Shown: positions 19,044-28,532 of the stretch, piece after piece
Position numbering within the stretch: the first letter of the stretch is position 1
Layout of the letters: each line of letters starts with the position of its first letter
IMG/VR virus record: IMGVR_UViG_3300025876_000016
DNA length: 64,000 bases
From: a virus
Strand: one strand, 5' to 3'
Program-made: the position numbers and the translations under genes
Notes under the pieces: model-generated
Database searches by the model: none
The model's input: only the letters and a program-made list of their open reading frames with translations
Told to the model about the DNA's origin: nothing

Positions 19044-19505
19044 ATGGACACAAAAAAAATATTAATAGGATTAGTAGGCGGTGCGGTTTCAGGATATGTT
19101 TACTACAAATATATTGCCAAGAATAAAGCAGTAAAAACAGTTACACAAGGCGTAGAGGAAATAGTTGATGAAGCTGAAGCAGAAGCTAAATCCATCGGTG
19201 GCGGTGGTGGTGGCGGTGGTTTTGGCGGTGGTGCTTTACCAACTGAAACAGAAATATCAGAAACAACAGAAACAACAGAAACATCACTACCTATCAAACC
19301 TACAACTACAACAAAACCTGCTGTTTTACCCACAGTTAAACCTACATTAACATCACCATTGGCTAAACCTATTGTAGATTCAAAGCCTACAATTTATACA
19401 AAGCCTTCTACGATAACAAGAGAACCTTCATTAGCCCCAATATCAAAATTTAGTGGAATAGGTGGAGATAGATGGGAAGCAAATTTGAATAATTTAGATA
19501 TTTAA
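19044..19505 (+). CDS. Anchored Gly/Thr/Pro-rich stalk protein
   Basis: TM, poly-Gly, PT-rich region. Confidence 0.65.
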   Translation: MDTKKILIGLVGGAVSGYVYYKYIAKNKAVKTVTQGVEEIVDEAEAEAKSIGGGGGGGGFGGGALPTETEISETTETTETSLPIKPTTTTKPAVLPTVKPTLTSPLAKPIVDSKPTIYTKPSTITREPSLAPISKFSGIGGDRWEANLNNLDI

Positions 19506-19507
19506 TA

Positions 19508-19621
19508 ATGTCAAAAACAAGTAGCATATTACTTTTATCTACAATACTTGTTGCCACAGGTGTAATAATATTTGGTACTGAATTAGTTATAGCTAAAAAT
19601 AAAAACAAAAATAATGTCTAA
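19508..19621 (+). CDS. Small membrane protein (37 aa, not in ORF track)
   Basis: MSKTSSILLLSTILVATGVIIFG... Confidence 0.5.
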   Translation: MSKTSSILLLSTILVATGVIIFGTELVIAKNKNKNNV

Positions 19622-20171
19622 AAAAGTAAATAGAGGAATGACGAAAAACCAAAAAATAGCTTTTGGTATAGGTGGCGTTATTATAGTTGCTGTTTTAGGT
19701 TATGGTTTGTATAGAAAATATAAATATAATAAGTTAAAAAAACAATGCGAAGATAGTGGTGGAACTTGGGATTCATCAACTAAAACTTGCATACCACCCA
19801 AACCAAAACCTGAACCTGTTGTGCAAAAACCTGTTGAAGCTATTGCACAAGATAGTTTACTTTTTAAAACAGGCAAATCACTTATACTTCAAAGTTCTTA
19901 CAATTCGCTAAATCAATTAGCAAAATGGTTAAAAGAAAATACACAATTTAATTTAAACTTAATAGGTCATACAGATAGTCAAGGTATGGAATCTTATAAT
20001 TTGACATTATCTAAAAACAGGGCAAAAGCGGTTAAAGACTATTTAGAAAAGCAAGGAGTAGGAGCAACAAGAATTATATCAAGCGGTAAGGGAGAATCAG
20101 AGCCAATAGCTTCAAATGATACTTCTGAAGGTAGAGCAAAAAATAGACGAGTTGAATTTACAATTAAGTAA
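19614..20171 (+). CDS. OmpA/MotB-like peptidoglycan-binding protein with N-terminal TM
   Basis: GHTDSQG..YNLTLSKNRAKAV..YL...GKGESEP...GRAKNRRVEF. Confidence 0.9.
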   Translation: MSKKVNRGMTKNQKIAFGIGGVIIVAVLGYGLYRKYKYNKLKKQCEDSGGTWDSSTKTCIPPKPKPEPVVQKPVEAIAQDSLLFKTGKSLILQSSYNSLNQLAKWLKENTQFNLNLIGHTDSQGMESYNLTLSKNRAKAVKDYLEKQGVGATRIISSGKGESEPIASNDTSEGRAKNRRVEFTIK

Positions 20172-20680
20172 TGGATAAAACTACGATACAAAGAATAGGA
20201 ATAGGTGCTGTAATGATTGGTGTATTTGGTTACACAATAAATTATTTGCTTAAACAAGTTAGAAAACTTGTTAATACTGAATTTACATTTAGTAAAGCAA
20301 AAATTAATGAAATTTCATTTCAAAAAATTAGTATTACTCTTTTTTGGAAAGTTGTTAATAAAAGCGATATTTCTTTTATCGTTAGCAATCAAGATTTTGA
20401 CATTTACTTAAATGATGCTTTTATAAAAAAAGTTGGATATACCGCACCTGTTGAAGTTAAACCTAATACAACATCTTTTATACCAACATATATAGTTTTT
20501 GAACCAAAAGAACTAACAAAAATAGGTATTGAAAATGCTATTTTATTTACCAATAAAGAAAATTGGAAAGATTTAAACTTATTATGTAAAGGAACATTTA
20601 CAATAAAAACATCAATTTTTGAAGTTAAAAAATTTCCTTTTGAGTTTGAAGATAATATTCATAACATAACAAATTATTAA
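20171..20680 (+). CDS. LEA_2/WHy-like membrane protein
   Basis: TM followed by beta-rich V.NKSD...D.YLND pattern. Confidence 0.5.
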   Translation: MDKTTIQRIGIGAVMIGVFGYTINYLLKQVRKLVNTEFTFSKAKINEISFQKISITLFWKVVNKSDISFIVSNQDFDIYLNDAFIKKVGYTAPVEVKPNTTSFIPTYIVFEPKELTKIGIENAILFTNKENWKDLNLLCKGTFTIKTSIFEVKKFPFEFEDNIHNITNY

Positions 20681-20697
20681 ATTTTAAAATAAAAAAA

Positions 20698-20922
20698 ATG
20701 AAAAACGTAACGGAGATATTAAAAAGTAAACAATTCTTAATGGGATTAGGAATTGGGTTTGCAGGTTATTGGGCTTATAATAAATATATGAAAAAAGAAT
20801 CTACATCATCTGCATCAGGTCATTATTGCACCTGTCCAAGTAGTAAATTAGGAGTAACAAGATATTATACTTCAAGTATTTGTCCTTGTCCTGACGACCC
20901 TTATAAAAAGAAAGTAAGGTAA
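20698..20922 (+). CDS. Small membrane protein with Cys-rich tail
   Basis: TM, SSASG motif, CTC..CPC. Confidence 0.65.
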   Translation: MKNVTEILKSKQFLMGLGIGFAGYWAYNKYMKKESTSSASGHYCTCPSSKLGVTRYYTSSICPCPDDPYKKKVR

Positions 20923-20947
20923 GACAGAAAAAATATTAATAATATAT

Positions 20948-20955
20948 TATCTTTG
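20948..20955 (+). promoter_or_regulatory. Putative -7 promoter box
   Basis: TATCTTTG intergenic, upstream of 20979. Confidence 0.45.
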
Positions 20956-20978
20956 GGGATAATTAAAAAAGATAAATT

Positions 20979-21353
20979 ATGAACGAGCAAGTAAAGACAG
21001 TAATGCAATACGCATTACTATCGACAAGTAAAAGTATGAATGTAGATTTAAGAAGTCTACGAATACAAATGAAATTATCGAATAATGGAGTAGATTGTTA
21101 TTCGATGAATAAGACTGAAGTTATTGGTAGCCTGTCTTGGAATAAAATTTTGGGTATTAAATATATGGCTTTTAAAGGTTTAATTGTAAGCAATATTCAA
21201 GATAAATTAAAAGCTATGGCTAAAAATAAAAAAATAGAAATGAATAATATAAATGTAAGGGTTTCTGCAATTAATCCAAGTGGTGAACCTACATTACACT
21301 TATTCAATAGCGGAAAAGTAATAGACACATTGGATATAAAAGAATTAGTATGA
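20979..21353 (+). CDS. Hypothetical protein
   Basis: Intact ORF, no TM helix. Confidence 0.6.
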   Translation: MNEQVKTVMQYALLSTSKSMNVDLRSLRIQMKLSNNGVDCYSMNKTEVIGSLSWNKILGIKYMAFKGLIVSNIQDKLKAMAKNKKIEMNNINVRVSAINPSGEPTLHLFNSGKVIDTLDIKELV

Positions 21354-21619
21354 GTTTAGTTGATAACGTATCGGTATTTACAACCACATTAAATAATGAA
21401 GTTTTTACAATTCCTGAAGGGGCGAGAACTATTGACTTGTATAATAGTGGTGGAGCAAGTGCTACATTTGTGGGTGATTCAAGTAGGGGCGGTAAAAGTT
21501 CAAGTGCTGTTACTTTAATATCAACACAGGCATACTCTTTTGGTAATTTAGGAAAGCCATATCCTGAAATTCAAGTACGAGCATTAGGAACAACTGTTGA
21601 AATAACTGCAAATTATTAA
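21350..21619 (+). CDS. Small all-beta protein (possible spike adaptor)
   Basis: Beta periodicity; precedes a spike-like gene. Confidence 0.5.
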   Translation: MSLVDNVSVFTTTLNNEVFTIPEGARTIDLYNSGGASATFVGDSSRGGKSSSAVTLISTQAYSFGNLGKPYPEIQVRALGTTVEITANY

Positions 21620-21622
21620 AAT

Positions 21623-22555
21623 ATGACTTATACATCAAGATTTGGGAATTTAACGGTTGTAGATGAACCTGTATATAAAAGCGAATTATATGAAGCACCT
21701 GCAAGTAATTTGAATAGTATTCTTACAGCATCTACTCAATTTGGTAAAACATTAGGTGCAAATGTTCCACTTATAACAGGGGGCGTAGCGAATGGGTGTA
21801 CTTTTTTTGACCCTGTTGCTGATAAAGATGCAGATGGAACGACTTCTTATAATGAAATTCCTATTGCGTATGGTATAGATTTAACTTTAACAGGCACAAG
21901 TGGAACTGCTAACATTGGAATAGATACAGGAAGTGGAATTGTAAATTATTTGGCTACTTTTAATACTGATTTACCAACAACAACGCAAGATTGGATAGCA
22001 ACACACGGAGCAACATTAAAGGCTTTAGGTGTTAATGTTTTATATAATGGCGGTAGCACATTAAACCCTGTAAATAATGGAAATCAAACAATTAGGTTTT
22101 GTGCAAGTCAATCTGCTTGTAATTCAGTACAAATAACAACTCTTACAGGAGATTTAAACGGAACAAGAATTAATTTGTTTACAAATGTAAATCAAGCCGA
22201 GCCTGACCATTTTTTAGTGCCTTACGATGGCACACCTTATGAAGGTTATAGAATTAATCAAACTATTCGTACAAATTTTAATATTGTTACAGGTTCGGTT
22301 CAATATGCTGAACTTGGACTATTTAGGTTTACTGATGATAGTTTAATAGGTTCAACAATAGTGATTTTAAGAAACCCTGATACAACAGGTAGCTTATCGG
22401 TAATAGAAACATATACAGCAAGTGCATCTGACCCATTTGTAACAGGTGGGTTTTATGTTGCTCTTATCAATAATACAGGTACTACCTTAACATTTACAGG
22501 TAAGGCAGGTATTCTAATTCAAAGCATATTTCAAAAACCTGTAAATTTTTCATAA
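21623..22555 (+). CDS. Putative spike/receptor-binding protein
   Basis: Thr/Gly/Asn-rich beta protein. Confidence 0.45.
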   Translation: MTYTSRFGNLTVVDEPVYKSELYEAPASNLNSILTASTQFGKTLGANVPLITGGVANGCTFFDPVADKDADGTTSYNEIPIAYGIDLTLTGTSGTANIGIDTGSGIVNYLATFNTDLPTTTQDWIATHGATLKALGVNVLYNGGSTLNPVNNGNQTIRFCASQSACNSVQITTLTGDLNGTRINLFTNVNQAEPDHFLVPYDGTPYEGYRINQTIRTNFNIVTGSVQYAELGLFRFTDDSLIGSTIVILRNPDTTGSLSVIETYTASASDPFVTGGFYVALINNTGTTLTFTGKAGILIQSIFQKPVNFS

Positions 22556-22869
22556 TGGATATTAACAATTACATAGGAATTTTAGCATCACTTGTCGGTG
22601 GTGTCTTTGGTGCATACTTAATTGTGAGGGTGGCTATTGCTGAACTAAAAAAAGATATTGATTATTTAAAAGATAAATTAGATTCAGAGATAGAATCAAA
22701 AAATAAATTAGAAAACACGCATCAAGCTGTAATAAATGAGGTGCGTGATGATGTAAAAGCTATTTTTAGGACATTAACAAAAATGCAAGTAGACCAAGCT
22801 AAAACTGAAGGTCAAGAAATAATGATTAAAGCATTAAAAGAAGCTATAACCGACTTAAATAATAAATAA
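22555..22869 (+). CDS. Putative holin-like protein
   Basis: N-terminal TM plus coiled coil, directly upstream of the amidase. Confidence 0.45.
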   Translation: MDINNYIGILASLVGGVFGAYLIVRVAIAELKKDIDYLKDKLDSEIESKNKLENTHQAVINEVRDDVKAIFRTLTKMQVDQAKTEGQEIMIKALKEAITDLNNK

Positions 22870-23840
22870 TGGAAGTTTTAAGAAAAGGTAGTCAAGGCGA
22901 AGTTGTAGGATATTGGCAGGAGTTTTTAAAAAATCTTGACTTGTATTCTTACGAAATTGATTATGACTTTGGAAATCTAACTCATAATTCTACCATTGAA
23001 TTTCAAAAATTAAATGGATTAATAGCTGATGGTATTGTAGGTAATAAGACTTGGGAAAAAGCCTACGAACTTGGTATAATAACTACGGATGAAACTGAAG
23101 AACCTGTTGTTCCTGAAGATTTTGATTTAAACATAGTAAAATCATATTTACCTAAAGGAGAATACTATCCTTCTTCCGAATATAAGCGATGGATTTTTAT
23201 TCATCATACCGCAGGGTGGAATAATCCATTCAAAACCATAAAACATTGGGGAGCAGATAACAGAGGAAGGGTTGCGACTGAATTTGTTATTGGCGGTCAA
23301 AAAATAACTGATAATAATAATGAATTTGATGGTGTTGTTGCACAAGCGTTTCCTGATGGTGGATATGGGTGGCATTTAGGTATTGGTAACAATATAATGC
23401 ACAGGGCATCAGTAGGTATTGAATGTAATAATTTTGGCTATTTAACTAAAGGTGGATATTACAAAAGAGTAAATGGTAAAAAAACATTTATATCAAAAGA
23501 ATCAAATAAATTTTATACTTATGTTGGTACTGAAGCAAGTAGGTGTCAGATTGTAGAATTAAAAGAAGAATTTAGAGGACATAAGTTTTGGCATAGGTAT
23601 TCTGATAAACAGCTTTTAGAGTTAGGAAATACAATAAAATATATAGGTGAAAGGGATGATATAGACTATCGAAAAGGTTTACCTGAATTAATAAAAGAAA
23701 AGGGTTCTGAAGCATTTAATATATGCGATGTTAGTATGTGTAACAATACAAGAGGATTATGGTCGCATACTAATTGTAGAACCACAAAATTTGATATGTT
23801 TCCACAACAGGAATTAATGGATATGTTAATAAGTTTGTAA
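22869..23840 (+). CDS. Endolysin: PG-binding domain + N-acetylmuramoyl-L-alanine amidase
   Basis: LRKGSQG..V..WQ..L..DG.VG..TW; IHHTAG, SVGIECNN, WSH...KFD. Confidence 0.85.
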   Translation: MEVLRKGSQGEVVGYWQEFLKNLDLYSYEIDYDFGNLTHNSTIEFQKLNGLIADGIVGNKTWEKAYELGIITTDETEEPVVPEDFDLNIVKSYLPKGEYYPSSEYKRWIFIHHTAGWNNPFKTIKHWGADNRGRVATEFVIGGQKITDNNNEFDGVVAQAFPDGGYGWHLGIGNNIMHRASVGIECNNFGYLTKGGYYKRVNGKKTFISKESNKFYTYVGTEASRCQIVELKEEFRGHKFWHRYSDKQLLELGNTIKYIGERDDIDYRKGLPELIKEKGSEAFNICDVSMCNNTRGLWSHTNCRTTKFDMFPQQELMDMLISL

Positions 23841-24185
23841 ATGACAAAAAAAGTAAAAATATTTGTTGGAATTGCTTCAGTAATTGGAGTTTATGGGGCA
23901 TTTTATTTTCTTGTTTACAGAAAAAGAAAACCGAGTTTTTCAATAATAGGCTATGAATGGGATAAAAAGTTTTTGGAAGCAAAATTTGGAAATTCACCTA
24001 TAAAAATTTCTGAATATGTTTCAGGTGATTTTACAGCAGGTAAAACTTTTGATGAAAAAATATACCGATTAACTTCTACACCTTTAAACAATGGAAAAGT
24101 TTCAGTAACAATAAGTAAAAATGGATTGCCTGTCGAAAGTAAAATAATTGATTTCGATGCAAGATTAATAATAGATAAAAATTAA
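23841..24185 (+). CDS. N-terminally anchored protein
   Basis: TM + RKRK. Confidence 0.65.
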   Translation: MTKKVKIFVGIASVIGVYGAFYFLVYRKRKPSFSIIGYEWDKKFLEAKFGNSPIKISEYVSGDFTAGKTFDEKIYRLTSTPLNNGKVSVTISKNGLPVESKIIDFDARLIIDKN

Positions 24186-24190
24186 AAAAT

Positions 24191-24499
24191 ATGTATAATA
24201 AATCAATATTTAAAGAGAAAAATTATTGGATAGGTGTCGGTGTAGGTATCGCAACAGTATTAATTTATCAAAAGTTTTTCAAAAAGGAAAAAACTTCAAG
24301 TGCTGATGGTGATAGATTTGGTGATAATCAATATGGTCAAAGTTCTTGTACTTCTTCTGATGATACAGTTTGTACTCAATATTGCGAAAGTGTAGGGGGT
24401 GCATTTGATTCAAATGACCGTAAATGTTATATTGAAGGAGTTGCTTACACAGGTGGATATTTTAGTGGTGGAAAAAATCGCTCTAAACTACAACGATAA
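24191..24499 (+). CDS. Small membrane protein with Cys-rich domain
   Basis: TM; SSADG motif; C..C..YCESVGG...C. Confidence 0.65.
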   Translation: MYNKSIFKEKNYWIGVGVGIATVLIYQKFFKKEKTSSADGDRFGDNQYGQSSCTSSDDTVCTQYCESVGGAFDSNDRKCYIEGVAYTGGYFSGGKNRSKLQR

Positions 24500-24673
24500 A
24501 TGAAATTCAATAATCAAGATTTAAAAGGTTTTGCTATTGGTGTAGTTGCTTCTATTTCAGCAGTTATAATTTGGGATGTAATTAAACGTAGATATAAGAT
24601 ATTTAATTATACCAAAGAAAAAAGTAAAGAATTAGGTGATGAAATAATAAATATTGAAAATGAAATTAGGTAA
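24500..24673 (+). CDS. Small membrane protein (57 aa, not in ORF track)
   Basis: MKFNNQDLKGFAIGVVASISAVIIWD... Confidence 0.55.
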   Translation: MKFNNQDLKGFAIGVVASISAVIIWDVIKRRYKIFNYTKEKSKELGDEIINIENEIR

Positions 24674-24836
24674 AACAGTAGGAATAACAGAAAAAAGTTT
24701 AAAACACTTATACACCATTGGTGGTGCAGTTTCAGTATTACTGATTATGTATTATGGTACAGGAATTTATAAAAATTACCTTGAAATTCGTAAGATAAGG
24801 AATGAACCAAATCCTGAAATAATTAAAGAAGATTAA
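24660..24836 (+). CDS. Small membrane protein
   Basis: ATG at 24660; one TM helix. Confidence 0.55.
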   Translation: MKLGKTVGITEKSLKHLYTIGGAVSVLLIMYYGTGIYKNYLEIRKIRNEPNPEIIKED

Positions 24837-25349
24837 ATGGTTGAAGTTCCAAAAAATAAAAGTAAGTCAGCAGTTCTTGAAACAGTAGTAGTCGCAGGAT
24901 TATTTATGTCTGCTTTTTATTTTCTTTTTTTTGAAGAAATAGATGAAGTATTAAAAAAATACGGAGTAAAAGAGGGTGGAGATTTAAAAGAAAGTGATAA
25001 TAATACAATACCTGCACCTACACAACCTTTGAATCCTGAACAATATGAAGGTAGAACTGAATATTGTAGTGATAATAATAATCCTGATAGCTGTGTAAGA
25101 GGATTTCCAATGCCAAATAGTATTGATGATTTAAACTTTGCAGATAATGGTCATATAAGAATTATAACTAAACCTTTCGCCAATCCTTTTGGACTTCCTG
25201 AAAAAGCGATGGTTAGTCTTTATAGAAGTGGTGATAAATTAGCTTATAATGGTCGAATAGATGGAGTGAAAGACATTTATATAGAAAACTACAATGATGT
25301 TAAGGATGAAATTGCCCTTGTTAATAACAAATATTTAAACATAAACTAA
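24837..25349 (+). CDS. N-terminally anchored protein
   Basis: TM near N-terminus. Confidence 0.6.
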   Translation: MVEVPKNKSKSAVLETVVVAGLFMSAFYFLFFEEIDEVLKKYGVKEGGDLKESDNNTIPAPTQPLNPEQYEGRTEYCSDNNNPDSCVRGFPMPNSIDDLNFADNGHIRIITKPFANPFGLPEKAMVSLYRSGDKLAYNGRIDGVKDIYIENYNDVKDEIALVNNKYLNIN

Positions 25350-25360
25350 AATAAAATAAA

Positions 25361-25690
25361 ATGGAAAATCTAAATTGGGAATATATATTATTAGCTGTAC
25401 TTGGTATGGTTATACATATTTTAATGAAAATTGCTGAAAGAGGAAATAAAAAATCTAATCCTTTTAGCTTTAAAGTATTTTTTGCCGATAAAATGAATTG
25501 GGTAAGAATTGCTCTTTCACTTACTTCAGTATTAGCATTAATGTTAATGGCTGAAGATTTAAGTGATACATTAGGTATTCAATTATCCGATGGTTCACCT
25601 GCAAAAAGCATTTTTTCTTTTGGAGCAGGGTATTTGAATCATTCATTGATTAGAAATATTTTGAAAAGATTTAAAACAGAAGGTGAGTAA
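25361..25690 (+). CDS. Multi-pass small membrane protein (holin-like)
   Basis: Three hydrophobic segments and a basic C-terminus. Confidence 0.5.
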   Translation: MENLNWEYILLAVLGMVIHILMKIAERGNKKSNPFSFKVFFADKMNWVRIALSLTSVLALMLMAEDLSDTLGIQLSDGSPAKSIFSFGAGYLNHSLIRNILKRFKTEGE

Positions 25691-26243
25691 AATTGCTAAA
25701 ATATCTATAATTACAGCAAGTGCAATAATGGTTATTGCACTTATTTATTATGGTTTTAAAAATAAATCTAAAGTAATTAAAAAGAAAAAAGGAATTTTAT
25801 TACTTGGTGGATTGGATAATAGAAGCGGTGATAAAAAAATAGATGAACAGGTTCAATTAGTTAAAAAAGGAATAATAGATAATATAGATGTTAAGGGATA
25901 TAGGTACAATGATTTGGATGGTATTTTAAATGCTATTAATCTAAACCCTGATTATACCATAATGTTATTTAGTGCAGGTGCTTCTAAAAGTAAAGAAGTT
26001 GCACAAAAAGTAAAAGAAGTTGGTGGTAGTCTTGATAATATTTATATAATCGAGCCTTATCACAAAGGCGGTACAGCTACAAAATCAGTTAGAAAAGCTG
26101 TTGAAATAGGAGTACCTGAAAAAAATGTAATTACAGGTACTTATGATTCAGTTGGTAAGGGTATTGTTGAAAATTCAACACCAACCCCCAAATGTAGCCC
26201 TTCGCATTGGTGTAGTTTGACTGAAGTGGCTAAATTTGTATAA
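25683..26243 (+). CDS. Anchored alpha/beta-hydrolase-like protein
   Basis: LLLGG strand, LFSAGA nucleophile-elbow-like motif, terminal H. Confidence 0.45.
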   Translation: MSKIAKISIITASAIMVIALIYYGFKNKSKVIKKKKGILLLGGLDNRSGDKKIDEQVQLVKKGIIDNIDVKGYRYNDLDGILNAINLNPDYTIMLFSAGASKSKEVAQKVKEVGGSLDNIYIIEPYHKGGTATKSVRKAVEIGVPEKNVITGTYDSVGKGIVENSTPTPKCSPSHWCSLTEVAKFV

Positions 26244-26268
26244 AATAAATAAATAAAAAACAATAGTT

Positions 26269-26400
26269 ATGAAAATGGATAAAAATACAATGTTTATGAT
26301 AGGTGCAGGAGTGCTTGGATTTATCGCTGTAAATTACTTTCTAAAAAATAAAGAAACAAAAGACACTAAAAAATCAAGTGCCTGTGGATGTGGTGCTTAA
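26269..26400 (+). CDS. Small membrane protein ending SSACGCGA (43 aa, not in ORF track)
   Basis: TM plus motif variant; next gene starts 3 nt after the stop. Confidence 0.6.
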   Translation: MKMDKNTMFMIGAGVLGFIAVNYFLKNKETKDTKKSSACGCGA

Positions 26401-26403
26401 ATA

Positions 26404-27240
26404 ATGGGATTTAAAGTAGACAAAAATAATGCAATTAGTCTATATAAATCTAAAGGTGGAAAAATCAAATTTGAAAATGATTTAAGAAAAATCTTTGGAT
26501 ATGTAGAAAATGACAATCGAATAAATGATGTTCGTGAGTTGGCGTATTTATTAGCTACTGCTGAAGTTGAATCAAGTTATTCTCTATCTCGTTGGGAAGC
26601 TGATTACGTTTGTAAAGATAAAAATGGAAAAGGTCTTACAGGAATAAGCTATATAGGTAATTTACCCAATAATATGCCTTGCCAAAGTGCTTTAAATTAT
26701 TACGGAAGTAGTGATGGTAAAAGCGACTATTATTCTAAAGGTGTAGATAAAAGAGGTTTGCCTTATTTCGGTAGGGGTTTAATTCAGATTACTAATCCAT
26801 CGAATTATAAAAAAAGAGGTAAAAATCTTGGTATGGGCGATGCTTTATTTAACGACCCTGAACTTATAATGAAAAATCCAAAAATTAGTTATGATGCTTC
26901 GGTGGATTTTTTAATTATGGAAAAAGGGAGTAATAAAGACAGCACTTTTGATTTAGTAAAAAAAGGAGATTTAACAGGTGCAAGAAGATGGGTTAATGGA
27001 TGTTCAAGAGAAAGTTGTAAACGTGAAGCTGAAGAATTATATAATAAATGGTTATCTGTTTTAAATGATTCAAGTGTTAATATAAAAGCCACAAAAGGAT
27101 TTTCACCACAAGAATCATCTAAAATTGTTACATCGAATAAAAAAAAAGGAAAAGGATTAAAAGCATTAGGTTTTGGGATAATGTTTATTAGTGTAGTTGG
27201 CTTTGCGTATGGTTTATATTACTTTTCAAGACAAAAATAA
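26404..27240 (+). CDS. Glycoside hydrolase family 19 lysozyme-like protein with C-terminal TM
   Basis: LAYLLATAEVES, YFGRGLIQIT..SNY, ARRWVNG. Confidence 0.8.
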   Translation: MGFKVDKNNAISLYKSKGGKIKFENDLRKIFGYVENDNRINDVRELAYLLATAEVESSYSLSRWEADYVCKDKNGKGLTGISYIGNLPNNMPCQSALNYYGSSDGKSDYYSKGVDKRGLPYFGRGLIQITNPSNYKKRGKNLGMGDALFNDPELIMKNPKISYDASVDFLIMEKGSNKDSTFDLVKKGDLTGARRWVNGCSRESCKREAEELYNKWLSVLNDSSVNIKATKGFSPQESSKIVTSNKKKGKGLKALGFGIMFISVVGFAYGLYYFSRQK

Positions 27241-27837
27241 ATGGCATTTAAAGAGGGCATAGGTGAAAATGGTAAACTTGATGGTTCGGTCTTAAAACCG
27301 ATTGATACAGGTCAAAAATTATATATACCTGCATCTACTTCTTATATGCGTATGAAAAATAATGCAAAAAAAGATGGAGTAGATTTAAAATTAGCAGGTA
27401 ATTATAGTGGTTTTAGACCTTGTGGAGAAAGAGGGGATTATACAAGAGGATTATCGAATGGTGCTTTTACACAATGGTATGCTTGGGAACTATATAAAGC
27501 AGGTAAAGGAAATCTTGCTTCAAATCCTACTACGACAAAAGGATGTAAAAGTAATCACGGTTACGGAATTGCTGTTGATATAAAAGGAAGTAGTGCTAAA
27601 AAGTGGATTAGAGAAAACGGTGAAAAGTACGGATGGTGGTGGGGGGAAGCCCCAAGTGAAGATTGGCATTTCACCTACGATAAAAAAAGAGATACATTTT
27701 TAGATGAATCTGATGATGTAGATGAAAAAGGAGAAACAAATAATGGTAAAATATTAAAAGCATTAGGGTTTGCTACTATCTTTATAACTGTTGTTGGATT
27801 CGCTTATGGTATGTATTATTTTACAAGACAAAAATGA
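27241..27837 (+). CDS. M15/VanY-like peptidase with C-terminal TM
   Basis: SGFR, SNHGYGIAVD, W..EN..KYGW, SEDWHF. Confidence 0.8.
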   Translation: MAFKEGIGENGKLDGSVLKPIDTGQKLYIPASTSYMRMKNNAKKDGVDLKLAGNYSGFRPCGERGDYTRGLSNGAFTQWYAWELYKAGKGNLASNPTTTKGCKSNHGYGIAVDIKGSSAKKWIRENGEKYGWWWGEAPSEDWHFTYDKKRDTFLDESDDVDEKGETNNGKILKALGFATIFITVVGFAYGMYYFTRQK

Positions 27838-28532
27838 CAGAAAAAGAAAAAATATGGTTAGCAGGTTTAAGTATTGGAACTCTTGGGTTCGCAACACTTA
27901 TTATTTTATATAGAAAAGAAATAAAATCAGGAGTTGCTTCAGGATTATCTTCTTTTAAAAAATCTATTCTTTCAATAGCAAATAATGAATGGAACGAATG
28001 GAATCCTAATAATCAAAGAATTAAAGAAGGCGATTCAAGAACTATGGATAAGTTAAGAAGTTATTGGAGAGAAGGTGCTAACCTTGATTGGTCAGACCAA
28101 AAAATGATTGATGAAGCGTGGAGTAGTGCTTTTATTTCTTGGGTAATGAATAAAGGTGGGGCAGAGGGTCAATTTCCAAAAGTAGCATCACACTCAAAAT
28201 ATATTCGTGCTTCAGTAAAAAATAGAAAAGAAAATAATTCAAATCCATTTAAAGCATATAAAGTAAATGAGCCTGAAGCAACAGTAAAAGTAGGCGACCT
28301 TGTATGTTATCCAAGACAATCAAATGTTGGTTACGACACATTAAGTGCATATAAATCCCATTGTGATATTGTTACTGAAATAAAAGGTAATGAAGCTGTA
28401 ACCATTGGTGGTAATGTTGGAAATAGCGTTACAAAAACTATTGTTCCAATAGATAGCAAGGGTTACATAGATAAAACAAGAGATAAAAAAGGTTATGGTG
28501 GTTATTTTACCGTAATTAAAAATAATAAATAA
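27834..28532 (+). CDS. DUF2272 (NlpC/P60/CHAP-like) amidase with N-terminal TM
   Basis: AWSSAFISWVM, H..YI, VGDLVC..R, SHCDIV, IGGNVGNSV. Confidence 0.75.
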   Translation: MTEKEKIWLAGLSIGTLGFATLIILYRKEIKSGVASGLSSFKKSILSIANNEWNEWNPNNQRIKEGDSRTMDKLRSYWREGANLDWSDQKMIDEAWSSAFISWVMNKGGAEGQFPKVASHSKYIRASVKNRKENNSNPFKAYKVNEPEATVKVGDLVCYPRQSNVGYDTLSAYKSHCDIVTEIKGNEAVTIGGNVGNSVTKTIVPIDSKGYIDKTRDKKGYGGYFTVIKNNK

